62,087 nucleotides of DNA, taken from positions 1 to 62,087 of the forward strand of contig JABMNY010000019.1 in NCBI GenBank assembly GCA_013204385.1. Reading direction: 5' to 3'. Positions within the stretch are counted from its first letter, which is position 1. Every line of letters starts with the position of its first letter. The translations under genes and the position numbers were made by a program. The notes beneath the pieces are model-generated. The model did no database searches and was not told where the DNA came from. It was given only the letters and a program-made list of their open reading frames with translations. Positions 1 through 8,887 of the stretch are shown in pieces. This stretch comes from Candidatus Uhrbacteria bacterium (GTDB taxonomy: Bacteria > Patescibacteriota > Patescibacteriia > UBA9934 > GWF2-40-263).

Positions 1-164
1 ACCTCGCTCTTCCGTTCATGATGGAGTCACGCGTCGGACTTCTCGCAAACGACAGGACTCCTCCCTACGAAATCGCGTTCCTTTCTGGGCAGCCCAATGC
101 TCGTGTTCTGACGCAGGTCTCGCAAATCCTTTCGTTCTACCAGGAGTCACGTTCCGCCACCTAA
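1..164 (+). CDS. 3' end of a hypothetical protein (partial, enters from left edge)
   Basis: Open frame from nt 3 (LALPFMMESRVGLLAN...YQESRSAT) ends at TAA 162-164 and runs into a terminator-like hairpin. Confidence 0.45.
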   Translation, partial: LALPFMMESRVGLLANDRTPPYEIAFLSGQPNARVLTQVSQILSFYQESRSAT

Positions 165-183
165 CGCAGGAGGCGGTTTTTTT
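154..183 (+). terminator. intrinsic terminator
   Basis: CCGCC-A-CCT / AGG-A-GGCGG stem followed by T-run. Confidence 0.6.
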
Positions 184-278
184 ATATGAAAAAACCCACC
201 GCTGCTCGAAGAGCTTTGGCAGGCAGGCCCGGCGTTTGGTCGGGGAGCTTTGGGGGAGTGAAGAGATGTGTGTCGGCG

Positions 279-638
279 CTAGTTGGAGTAGAGTTCGTCG
301 GGGTCAGGGAGGCGTCGATCTCCCCAGGATCCAGGCCAGCCGTTTGCGATGTCAGGTCCGTTCTCACGGAAAGACTGGAGCATCTCGAAGTTGTTGGCGA
401 GTTCCGTCAGGAATCGTCGCTTGCTGGGCTTGTCGAGGGTGATCCCCTCGAGCCAGTCGCTGATCTCGGAGTACATCCTACGGAGGGTGGGCTTGTTGAA
501 GCTGTCCGCAAGGATAGCCTGGTTTTCCTGGTTGCGAATGACGATACCGATCGACTTCTCCCCACGACTGAGAAAAACTTCTGCGAAGAAGGTACTCACT
601 GGGGAATTGTCGGATTCAATAGTGTTGAGATAGATCAC
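279..638 (-). CDS. hypothetical protein (~119 aa, ORFan-like)
   Basis: ORF-track 279..695; GTG start at 638 preceded by GGAGG and a TTGACA-17-TAGGTT promoter. Confidence 0.6.
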   Translation of the reverse strand: MIYLNTIESDNSPVSTFFAEVFLSRGEKSIGIVIRNQENQAILADSFNKPTLRRMYSEISDWLEGITLDKPSKRRFLTELANNFEMLQSFRENGPDIANGWPGSWGDRRLPDPDELYSN

Positions 639-694
639 TCTGCACTTCCTCCCTGTGTGTTGGTCAGGTCGCGAGCAGGACTCACGAACCAGCA

Positions 695-723
695 AACCTA
701 CAAGAATACCTAGGTTTTGTCAA
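695..723 (-). promoter_or_regulatory. sigma70-type promoter TTGACA-17-TAGGTT for the 279..638 gene
   Basis: Consensus -35, 17-nt spacer; overlaps folD stop. Confidence 0.6.
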
Positions 724-1552
724 TCTTCTGAAGAATATAGGCTTTTAAGATATTCACTAACAACATCGCAACCGTCATTGGGCCAACACCTCCTGGAACA
801 GGAGTAAGTGCGCCAGCAATCGGTTCGACAGATTCAAAATCAACGTCTCCAGAAAGTCCAGAATCCGTACGGGTTGTCCCAACATCAATCACAATGGCGC
901 CTGGTTTTACCATATTACCCGTGATCAACTTAGGAATTCCTTCAGCGACAATCAAGAGATCAGCTTCACGCGTATGGGTTTCAAGATCCCGATCTTCCGC
1001 TTGCACAACATTAACAGCTACATTCTCACTTTCAAGTAGAAGTTTCAGTGGCTCAGCAAAAAGCGGTGATGAGACAATAAGTGCCTTATTTGGAAAGGAT
1101 TCTTCTCCAACGGCTTCACGAATAAGGCGAACAACCCCTAAGGCAACAGCGGAAGAAATACAGGGTTTTCCAGTGCGCAATCGCTCGAGATTCTCAGGAT
1201 GAAATCCATCTACATCTTTAAGTGGATTGATTGCGGCAATAACAGTATCCGCACTTTGTGTTGGGAGGGGAAGCTGGACCAAGATGCCATGGATGTCTGT
1301 TCTTTTGTTTAGTTCCTCAACTTTCGTGATGAGATCTTCTTCCGGAGTCTCTGATGGGTACAAAAAGAGCTCAAATAGAATCCCAGCTTCTTCACAGGCA
1401 AGGCGTTTTAGGCTGACGTAGAGATGTGAGGCTTCGTCATTTCCAACCAAAATGACTCCCAGCCCAGGGTGGGTTGGAAGGGCTTGTATACGGGTCTTGA
1501 TCTTCTCACGAATGCGAAGGCCAAGCGCTTTTCCATCAAGGAGTTTTGCCAT
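710..1552 (-). CDS. folD: bifunctional methylenetetrahydrofolate dehydrogenase/cyclohydrolase
   Basis: LLDGK, ASHLYVSLK, GILVQLPLP, KDVDGFHP, VIDVG, TPVPGGVGPMTVAML motifs. Confidence 0.97.
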   Translation of the reverse strand: MAKLLDGKALGLRIREKIKTRIQALPTHPGLGVILVGNDEASHLYVSLKRLACEEAGILFELFLYPSETPEEDLITKVEELNKRTDIHGILVQLPLPTQSADTVIAAINPLKDVDGFHPENLERLRTGKPCISSAVALGVVRLIREAVGEESFPNKALIVSSPLFAEPLKLLLESENVAVNVVQAEDRDLETHTREADLLIVAEGIPKLITGNMVKPGAIVIDVGTTRTDSGLSGDVDFESVEPIAGALTPVPGGVGPMTVAMLLVNILKAYILQKIDKT

Positions 1553-1631
1553 AGATATCGGCTCGAATACTATCAGATATAAAGCTTTTTATCAATAAAA
1601 AATCCGAGGAGAGAGCCTCGGAGGTTCAGAT

Positions 1632-2546
1632 CTAGTCGTTCTGGAAGGTGATGCTACGTCGTTGGCACCAAGCGGCCAGATCCGGAATTCGAGATGCATG
1701 AATGATCAGCATTTCTCGTTCTGCGGTTGCGGTTGCTTTTGAAAGTGGTGGAAGGCGCTCCCACTTACTGATGGAGCCTTCTCCAGCATCCAGCATGAAG
1801 GTGAGAAAACCCAGACGGCGGTCCATGCCGATGATCGGGGTGTCGTCCCAGGGAGTGACGACAGATTGACGTAGAATCGTTCCGCCAACTTCACTCTTCC
1901 ATCGGCGGGCTTCAGAGAGGCCGATTGATCCGTTTGCTGTTTCCGCATCCATGAAGAGGTCTCCATCGATGATCTCTTGGACGAGCGAGGAATGCCGTCT
2001 TGGAAGCGAACGGAGTTGGAGATACTGTTCTGATAGAGGTCGGTTGTACCCTCCTCCCAACAGGACATCTTTGGTGTGTTCTCCGCGCCGAAGGAGTCGG
2101 TGGGTCTTGTCTGATCCAGGTCGATAGTAGTACATCTCTCCGGAGTTTGCGTCCCCAACACACACAGCGATGACGTCTGATCCGTGCACCAGACTGATCA
2201 TGCAACCCCAACCCGCTGATTGGTGGCGCTTGTAGGCGCTGGTCCCATCAATGGGATCTACGGTGAAGTAGATGAGTTCATCTGGGATGGTGCAGGCAAT
2301 GGCGAGATCACTTTCTTCGCTGATGATGCCGAAGTCCGGAAAATGCTCACGAAGAAGACTGATCACGAGGACTTCACACTCCCTGTCTGCAGGAGTGACC
2401 CAGTCCGGTCTACCGTCTGCCTTTGCGCCTTTCACCTCCGCTTCGACTTCGAAACAACGATCCAGTGCATGGTTCATGGCTCGTTTGCATGCTTCTCGCA
2501 TGACAAGCCCGATGTGATGTCCGTTGAACAAAAATTTCGCTTTCAT
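1632..2546 (-). CDS. inositol monophosphatase/CysQ (FIG) superfamily protein, divergent
   Basis: TPADRECE...GIISEE...VDPIDGT metal-binding motifs; start moved to MKAKF (GGAGG SD). Confidence 0.75.
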   Translation of the reverse strand: MKAKFLFNGHHIGLVMREACKRAMNHALDRCFEVEAEVKGAKADGRPDWVTPADRECEVLVISLLREHFPDFGIISEESDLAIACTIPDELIYFTVDPIDGTSAYKRHQSAGWGCMISLVHGSDVIAVCVGDANSGEMYYYRPGSDKTHRLLRRGEHTKDVLLGGGYNRPLSEQYLQLRSLPRRHSSLVQEIIDGDLFMDAETANGSIGLSEARRWKSEVGGTILRQSVVTPWDDTPIIGMDRRLGFLTFMLDAGEGSISKWERLPPLSKATATAEREMLIIHASRIPDLAAWCQRRSITFQND

Positions 2547-2578
2547 GTTTCCTCCTTCCACTGAAGTAGTGGCTGATG

Positions 2579-2607
2579 AATCTATCACGTGATATCCTGA
2601 ACGTCAA
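2579..2607 (-). promoter_or_regulatory. promoter TTGACG-17-TAGATT for IMPase-like gene
   Basis: Near-consensus hexamers, 17-nt spacer, TG extension. Confidence 0.6.
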
Positions 2608-2608
2608 T

Positions 2609-3205
2609 ATGAAACGACTCATTTTTGCGACGCATAATAGTGGAAAATTAATTGAGATGAGGCAACTCCTGCATGGAACACAGATTGAAGTATCGAGTGC
2701 TGACGAAGCAGGTGTGACAGAGGATGTTATTGAAGACGGTGTGACGTTTTCAGAGAACGCCCTTAAGAAAGCGCGATTCGTTGCTGAGCAAACAGGAGAC
2801 TGGGCGGTGGCGGACGATTCAGGGATCATGATTGATGCGCTTGATGGTCGTCCTGGAGTGTATACCGCACGATGGGCAGGAGAGGGAGCGAGTGATGACG
2901 AGTTGATTGCGCATACACTTGAAGAACTTAAAGACGTGAAAGAGGATCGGCGTGGTGCCTCGTTTCATTGTGTGGCTGCACTTGTTTCTCCTGAAGGGAA
3001 AGAATTTACGTTCGAGGGAGTTGTGAAAGGTCAGGTTGTTGAAGTCCCTCGTGGCGTGAATCGAGCAAAACTTCCGTACGATGTCCTCTTTCAACCAACG
3101 GGTTTCAATCTCACATTCGCTCAGATGTCCGACGAACAAAAAAATCACCTCAGCCATCGTGGTCTCGCGTTCGAAAAGCTGAAAGCATTTGTGAGATCAC
3201 TGTGA
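2609..3205 (+). CDS. rdgB: non-canonical purine NTP pyrophosphatase (RdgB/HAM1)
   Basis: ATHNSGK, ENALKKA, ADDSG, GRPGVYTAR, YDVLF, SHRG motifs; start moved to MKRLIF. Confidence 0.95.
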   Translation: MKRLIFATHNSGKLIEMRQLLHGTQIEVSSADEAGVTEDVIEDGVTFSENALKKARFVAEQTGDWAVADDSGIMIDALDGRPGVYTARWAGEGASDDELIAHTLEELKDVKEDRRGASFHCVAALVSPEGKEFTFEGVVKGQVVEVPRGVNRAKLPYDVLFQPTGFNLTFAQMSDEQKNHLSHRGLAFEKLKAFVRSL

Positions 3206-3206
3206 T

Positions 3207-3240
3207 AAAAAACACCCCAATGAAGGGGTGCTTTTTATTT
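3207..3240. terminator. bidirectional terminator between convergent rdgB and glyA
   Basis: A-run, CACCCC/GGGGTG stem, T-run. Confidence 0.75.
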
Positions 3241-4480
3241 AGTAGGTGAGGTTTTGGTAGAGAGGGAAATTCGATGTAAATGCTTTCACTTCCTGTCTGA
3301 TGGATTCGAGTTTTGTGTCGTCTTGCCATGCGACAATCGCTTCGTCCATCCAGGCCCCAATTTGTTTCATTTCTTCTTCTTTCATTCCACGTGTCGTGAC
3401 AGCGGGAGTTCCAAGTCGGATTCCGGATGGATCCATCGGTGAGCGAGGATCATCTGGGATCATGTTTTTGTTCACGGTGATGCCCGCTTTGTCGAGCGCA
3501 ATTTCCGCTTGTTGTCCTGTCGCTCCTTTTGGAGTGACATCCATGAGTAACAGATGGTTATCTGTTCCGCCGAACATAAGCTTGTATCCGCGCTCGTTGA
3601 ACACGCTTTCGAGAACTTTTGCGTTCTTTTTAATCTGCTGCGCATAGAGTTTAAATTCTGGAAGTGCAGCCTCCTTGAACGCAATCGCTTTGGCTGCAAT
3701 AACGTTTTCATGAGGCCCACCTTGCAGACCAGGGAAGACGGCTTTATCGACAGCCTTGCGATGTTCCTTTTTACATAAGATCATTCCTCCTCGAGGTCCA
3801 CGCAAGGTTTTGTGTGTGGTCGTTGTGACGATGTCAAAAATAGGAACAGGATTATTCATTTCGCCGGCGGCAATGAGTCCGGCAATGTGTGCCATGTCTG
3901 CCATCGTGAGCGCCCCTACTTCATCAGCAATTGTTTTGATACGTGCATAATCAATCTCCCGAGAATAGCCTGAGTACCCAACGAGGATGAGGTTTGGTTT
4001 GTGTTCGCGAGCCATGCGTTCAATTTCCTCGTAATCAATGAGTCCTTCTGGGGTCGTTTTGTAGTTGATAAAGTTCCAAACTTTTGCGATATGAGTCACT
4101 GGGTGGCCATGGGTGAGATGTCCGCCATGCGAAAGATCCATGCCAAGAATCGTTCCTCCAGGAGGGACGAGTGCGACGTACGCCGCGAGGTTTGCAGGGG
4201 CTCCTGAGAGTGGTTGGACATTGACATGCTCTGCATCAAACAGGGCTTTGGCACGGTCAATGGCCAGTTGTTCGATCACGTCGATTTCATGACAACCTCC
4301 GTAATAACGTTTTCCCGGGTATCCTTCAGCATATTTATTCGTCGCAATAGATCCAAGAGCTTCAAGTACTGCGGGGGAAACGAAGTTTTCTGAAGGAATC
4401 ATCTCGAGTCCATTCTGTTGGCGAGTGAGTTCACGGTTTAATGCGTGTGAAATATCTGGATCAAATTCTGCGATGTTCAT
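3239..4480 (-). CDS. glyA: serine hydroxymethyltransferase
   Basis: SENF, NKYAEGYPGKRYYGG, GGHLTHG, TTTHKTLRGPRGG, SGIRLGTPA. Confidence 0.98.
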   Translation of the reverse strand: MNIAEFDPDISHALNRELTRQQNGLEMIPSENFVSPAVLEALGSIATNKYAEGYPGKRYYGGCHEIDVIEQLAIDRAKALFDAEHVNVQPLSGAPANLAAYVALVPPGGTILGMDLSHGGHLTHGHPVTHIAKVWNFINYKTTPEGLIDYEEIERMAREHKPNLILVGYSGYSREIDYARIKTIADEVGALTMADMAHIAGLIAAGEMNNPVPIFDIVTTTTHKTLRGPRGGMILCKKEHRKAVDKAVFPGLQGGPHENVIAAKAIAFKEAALPEFKLYAQQIKKNAKVLESVFNERGYKLMFGGTDNHLLLMDVTPKGATGQQAEIALDKAGITVNKNMIPDDPRSPMDPSGIRLGTPAVTTRGMKEEEMKQIGAWMDEAIVAWQDDTKLESIRQEVKAFTSNFPLYQNLTY

Positions 4481-4582
4481 AATGGTTGAAATAAAAACAT
4501 GAGTTAGCTCTGGGATTCATGTTTTTTATTACAACATAGGTTTATGAGTCAGGTGTGGGTTTATCCCCACTACAGTATCTCT

Positions 4583-4633
4583 ATTCTACGAGAAGGTTCC
4601 TCCATTGACAACGGGCCCTAAAATCGATAGGTT
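4583..4633. promoter_or_regulatory. back-to-back promoters: TTGTCA-17-TAGAAT (minus, glyA) and TTGACA-17-TAGGTT (plus, 4679 gene) with overlapping -35 boxes
   Basis: Hexamers at 4606-4611/4583-4588 (minus) and 4605-4610/4628-4633 (plus). Confidence 0.6.
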
Positions 4634-4678
4634 TATATGACCCTGCACATCCTGTGCGTCCGATAAAAGGAGGACCTC

Positions 4679-5938
4679 ATGCCACACCTCATATTCCCTC
4701 CAAGAAGTTCTGTTGTACAGATGAGGGGGGTGGGTTTTCGTGGTCAACGAATCACGGTAGCTACGCTTCCTGAGACGGCTACCGCATCGAGAATCGGTCA
4801 ATTGGTCTCTGGCGATCAGTTGGTTGTAAGTTCTTGTGGGTACTATGTTGGTCAAGTAACTCCTCTTTCGTATGTGGAGGAAGCTATCCATCACTCCGTC
4901 TTCGGTGTGATGGAACCATATTTCCGTTCCTCACACGATCCCGGAACAGATGGTTCGCGCATCCTCAAGGTTGGTGCTCACTTCCTGCTTGTTTGGGGAA
5001 GGGTACAGGGATACCCAACAGGAATTTGGTATGTGGCTCCAGAAGGGAGTCGCTTTCTTTACCCACTTGATCGGCTACTGATCTCTGTGGGGAGGCATGT
5101 TGACCGCACAATCATCGGCACATTGTTGACCGAACCAGGTCAACATTTCTATCTCACTTCGTGGGGTCTTTGGCCGGTAAGTGAGCGAGCTCGAGTGATC
5201 AGTGGTGGTGAGCGACTCTGTGTTCTCGAACGAATTCAAGGGTTGCAGTATTGCTACCAGGTTGGGGTGCTGGGAATTTCTCATTTTTTCCAGATAAACC
5301 CTCCGAAAGAACTGTCTGTTTCGAAGGCCGTTCCTTGGAACGAGAAGCTGTTCCTTTCAGTGACTCGATCAACTCAATCCTGGCTATCTGAGCCAGGACA
5401 ACCGTCCGCTGAGCCTTTTGGTGTTGACGGAACGATTCAAGAGATTTGGGTTTCTCCTAGAGGAAAAACGCTCCTGTTGTTGATTCATCCTCGTGGTACT
5501 ACGCAAGGCACACGTCGCCTTGTCATGAGTACGGGAAAGGTTCTGTATGAAGGAGTCTTTTCTGTCGATGTCCCAACCATAGCCTGGTCCAAAGATGAGT
5601 TGTCAGTGGCTGTGCAGATCAGTGAGTCCACTGACTCTGATCAAGTCGTGTCACTGCGCGTCGTTGGCTCCAACTGTGAGTGGAAGCTCCCACTAGGCAT
5701 TGAATGTCGCGAGATACTCCTCGGAGATGATGGATCGATCCTTGGATCGATCCTGCATGATGATCTTGGGTATACACCGATGTTTCGTGGATATCAGGGG
5801 ACACGGGGACTGTTTACATGGAATCTCCATCACGGTCCCGATGGTGCCATTGTCTGGTCTACGATCCAGGCTGATCAGATCTACACCTGGCTGTCTCAAG
5901 TGACGGGAGCGAATGCTCCTCGTCCTTCTCTGCACTGA
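4679..5938 (+). CDS. hypothetical protein (419 aa, beta-rich, possibly propeller-like)
   Basis: Long ORF with AAGGAGG SD, own promoter and terminator; no family recognised. Confidence 0.7.
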   Translation: MPHLIFPPRSSVVQMRGVGFRGQRITVATLPETATASRIGQLVSGDQLVVSSCGYYVGQVTPLSYVEEAIHHSVFGVMEPYFRSSHDPGTDGSRILKVGAHFLLVWGRVQGYPTGIWYVAPEGSRFLYPLDRLLISVGRHVDRTIIGTLLTEPGQHFYLTSWGLWPVSERARVISGGERLCVLERIQGLQYCYQVGVLGISHFFQINPPKELSVSKAVPWNEKLFLSVTRSTQSWLSEPGQPSAEPFGVDGTIQEIWVSPRGKTLLLLIHPRGTTQGTRRLVMSTGKVLYEGVFSVDVPTIAWSKDELSVAVQISESTDSDQVVSLRVVGSNCEWKLPLGIECREILLGDDGSILGSILHDDLGYTPMFRGYQGTRGLFTWNLHHGPDGAIVWSTIQADQIYTWLSQVTGANAPRPSLH

Positions 5939-5961
5939 CCATCTCTGGTTGGTGCTTTTTT
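5932..5961 (+). terminator. intrinsic terminator
   Basis: GCACTGACCA-TCTC-TGGTTGGTGC + T6. Confidence 0.7.
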
Positions 5962-6008
5962 CATAGATCATATCATTTTTTTCCAGTGATATGATAGACT
6001 GTTCACGT

Positions 6009-7379
6009 ATGTTTCAAACACATAAACACGTCCATTTTGTGGGAATTGGCGGGATAGGGATGTCCGCGCTTGCAAAGTGGTTTTTGCATGAAGGTGTACA
6101 GGTGAGCGGATCGGATATGCATCTGAGTCCGATTACACACGATCTTGAAGTTCGAGGAGCAAAGGTCTATTCGGGGCATGCGGGCTCAAATATCGCGGAC
6201 GATGTTGATCTCATGATTCATTCCCCAGCCGTCCCAGAAACAAATGTGGAGCGTGTTGCCTCACAAGAGAGAGGGATTCCTGATCGCTCAAATTTTGAGG
6301 TGCTTGGAGAGATTTCAAAATCATTCTCAACTATTGTAGTCACAGGAACAAATGGAAAGAGTACAACGACTGCTATGCTCGGTTCCATCTTAGTTTCCGC
6401 TGGGTATGATCCAACGGTATTGGTCGGCTCAATGGTGCCAGGATTTAAAGACGGAAATATTCGTTTTGGGGGTGGACGTTTTTTTGTGTTGGAGGGATGT
6501 GAGTATCGCGCGAACATGCTGAATTTTGCGCCAGAAATGATTGTGCTTACAAATATTGAAGAAGATCATTTGGATTATTATCGGGATCTCTCGCACATTC
6601 AAGAAACATTCCAAACGTTTGTCGATACACTGCAAGGGAAGGGGATGACCATCTTTAATGTTCAGGATGAGGGGATTCGCCCACTACGCTTCTCTCGTGG
6701 GATTGGGTATGGAATTGATGTTGTCTCCGATTATTTTGGACGCAACCGCACCATGGAACCTGGCTCGCAACGTGTTCCTGTGTTTAGAAACGAGGGGGAT
6801 GAGGTGCACCTAGGCGACCTGGAACTGATCGTTCCAGGAGCGTTCAATATGATGAATGCGCTTGCTGCGACAAGTGCCGCGATGGAACTTGGGGTTCCGT
6901 TTGAGACCTGTCGACGTGCGCTCAAAATGTTCCCTGGCATTTGGCGGAGGTTTGAGCGCGTGGGGGTGTGGCATGGGGCAGACGTGATTTCAGATTACGG
7001 ACATCATCCAAGCGCGATCACACAAACCATTCAGGCAACGCGCGAGTTTTTTCCGGGGCGACGCGTGGTCTTGTGCTATCAACCACATCAACATGATCGA
7101 ACAAAGAAATTATTCGATGAGTTTGTGGAGTCGCTTCCGCTTGCTGACGTACTGATCGTGAGCGAGATTTATGACGTGGCAGGAAGGAATGAAGAACATG
7201 ATGTAAGTTCATCAGATCTTGTAAAAGCGATTCAACAAAACGATCCGGCAAAAAATGTTCGCTTTGCAAAAGATCTGCAGGAAGCAGATTCGAAATTGCG
7301 CGAACAGGTTCAGTCTGGTGACGTTATTCTTATTATGGGAGCAGGGGATATTGATGACTTAGCGCGAAAATTGGTATGA
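6009..7379 (+). CDS. murC: UDP-N-acetylmuramate--L-alanine ligase
   Basis: HFVGIGGIGMSALA, GTNGKSTTT, RRFE, DYGHHP, YQPHQH; start moved to MFQTH. Confidence 0.96.
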   Translation: MFQTHKHVHFVGIGGIGMSALAKWFLHEGVQVSGSDMHLSPITHDLEVRGAKVYSGHAGSNIADDVDLMIHSPAVPETNVERVASQERGIPDRSNFEVLGEISKSFSTIVVTGTNGKSTTTAMLGSILVSAGYDPTVLVGSMVPGFKDGNIRFGGGRFFVLEGCEYRANMLNFAPEMIVLTNIEEDHLDYYRDLSHIQETFQTFVDTLQGKGMTIFNVQDEGIRPLRFSRGIGYGIDVVSDYFGRNRTMEPGSQRVPVFRNEGDEVHLGDLELIVPGAFNMMNALAATSAAMELGVPFETCRRALKMFPGIWRRFERVGVWHGADVISDYGHHPSAITQTIQATREFFPGRRVVLCYQPHQHDRTKKLFDEFVESLPLADVLIVSEIYDVAGRNEEHDVSSSDLVKAIQQNDPAKNVRFAKDLQEADSKLREQVQSGDVILIMGAGDIDDLARKLV

Positions 7380-8338
7380 CCATAACAGAACAACTCCATG
7401 AGGTGCTGGGCTCTCGATGTGTGGAATACGAGCCTATGGCAAAGCACACGAACTTTCGTATTGGGGGGCCGGCAAAGTGGTTTACAGATGTGAGGACGCT
7501 TGAGGAACTTCAGCGAGTTCTAAGCATTGCCAAAGAACATCAAATCAAAATATTTGTTTTTGGTGGAGGGTCAAATCTTCTTTTTTCAGATGAGGGGTTT
7601 GATGGGATTGTGATCAAGATGGCGATGCGAACGTATGAGATCCAAGGAACTCAAGTACGAGCTGATTCGGGGGTGCTTTCTTCTGCGCTTGCTCGCGCGA
7701 CAGCAATGCTTGGACTTAAGGGGTTCCAATGGGCGATCACATTACCTGGAACAATTGGTGGGGGAGTGCGTGGGAATGCAGGGTGCTTCGGGGGAGAGAT
7801 GAAAGATCATCTTGTAAGTGTTCAAGTGCTGCGCGAGAATCAAATTATTGAATTGACACAGAATGATCTTCAATTTGGCTATCGTGAGTCTGCAATCAAG
7901 CACTCTACGGATATTGTCTTGTCAGCGACATTCGAGCTTGAAGAAGGGGATGTAACAGAGTTAAAGATGGAACTCGACGACAAACTCATGAAACGAAAAA
8001 TATCTCAACCCTTAGGAGCTGGTTCAGCTGGGTGTATGTTCAAGAACTATGAGATTCAAAGTGACGAGGAACTGCAACGTCTGATGACAAAACTCGATAT
8101 ACCTTCAGAGATGCAGTCACGCCGGCAGCTCTCTGCCGGCTGGCTCATCGACAATCTTGATCTCAAAGGAAAGAAGATTGGGGATGCACAAGTGAGTGAG
8201 GTGCACGGGAATTTTGTGGTGAATACGGGTTCTGCAACCGCAGATGAGGTTATGCAACTTGTAGCACTCATAAAGACGCGTGCTCGGAACGAATATGGTA
8301 TCCTGTTACAGGAGGAAATAATGTATGTAGGTTTTTAA
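7376..8338 (+). CDS. murB: UDP-N-acetylenolpyruvoylglucosamine reductase
   Basis: HTNFRIGGPA, GGGSNLL, PGTIGG..GNAG, FGYRES, SAGCMFKN, HGNF. Confidence 0.96.
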   Translation: MTITEQLHEVLGSRCVEYEPMAKHTNFRIGGPAKWFTDVRTLEELQRVLSIAKEHQIKIFVFGGGSNLLFSDEGFDGIVIKMAMRTYEIQGTQVRADSGVLSSALARATAMLGLKGFQWAITLPGTIGGGVRGNAGCFGGEMKDHLVSVQVLRENQIIELTQNDLQFGYRESAIKHSTDIVLSATFELEEGDVTELKMELDDKLMKRKISQPLGAGSAGCMFKNYEIQSDEELQRLMTKLDIPSEMQSRRQLSAGWLIDNLDLKGKKIGDAQVSEVHGNFVVNTGSATADEVMQLVALIKTRARNEYGILLQEEIMYVGF

Positions 8339-8344
8339 TGTTCT

Positions 8345-8692
8345 ATGCGAATTATATCCATCTTGGGCACAAACATGCCCTTAACCGACGCGATTAAGTC
8401 CCGTATTAACTCTCAAGTAGAGGTACTGGAAAAACTCACAAAAGACTTCGAGCCAGCCGCAGAACTTCGTGTGGAAGTAGGAAAATCCACAAAACATCAT
8501 CTAAAAGGCCCATTTTATAGAGCAGAGTTTCAGCTCAATATCCCAGGAAGTGAGTTGCGTGCCACAACCGAAGAAGAAGATTTATACCACGCCATTATCG
8601 TCGTGCGAGATCAGATTCGCAGACAATTAAAAAGTCACAAAGAAAAATTAAACGATAAACACAAGCGGGCTGCTCGACCAGACAAAAAATAA
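8345..8692 (+). CDS. hpf: ribosome hibernation promoting factor / RaiA (S30AE family)
   Basis: GTNMPLTDAIKS...EEDLYHAI...RQL pattern, short form. Confidence 0.85.
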   Translation: MRIISILGTNMPLTDAIKSRINSQVEVLEKLTKDFEPAAELRVEVGKSTKHHLKGPFYRAEFQLNIPGSELRATTEEEDLYHAIIVVRDQIRRQLKSHKEKLNDKHKRAARPDKK

Positions 8693-8696
8693 AAGT

Positions 8697-8726
8697 AAAA
8701 AGCGAAGTCGTCTGACTTCGCTTTTA
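8697..8726. terminator. bidirectional terminator
   Basis: AAAAGCGAAGTC-GTCT-GACTTCGCTTTT inverted repeat. Confidence 0.8.
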
Positions 8727-8820
8727 TGTTATGAACTTATACATTCGACCTAATGTTAGTATTAATATCGTCACTCAGTGTCGATATTCGGTGTCGATAT
8801 TCGGCCAGACAAAAAATAGT

Positions 8821-8844
8821 GAAAACGGGGGCGACCCCGTTTTC
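8821..8844. terminator. terminator downstream of the 8888 gene
   Basis: GAAAACGGGG-GCGA-CCCCGTTTTC perfect inverted repeat. Confidence 0.75.
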
Positions 8845-8887
8845 AAATAGAAAAGCACCGTGCGTTATCGGTGCTGATGTAGGTCGG

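Noticed and set aside
186-713. 175-aa plus-strand ORF
   Set aside because: Antisense shadow of the 279..638 gene, which has promoter and SD support; this ORF starts inside a terminator region.
4520-4580. ZTP (pfl) or preQ1-I riboswitch upstream of glyA
   Set aside because: The GUGGG/CCCAC hairpin and AAUAAAAAAC tract are superficially similar, but the ZTP GACUG and CCG.CUGGGC pseudoknot segments and the preQ1 P1 stem are absent.
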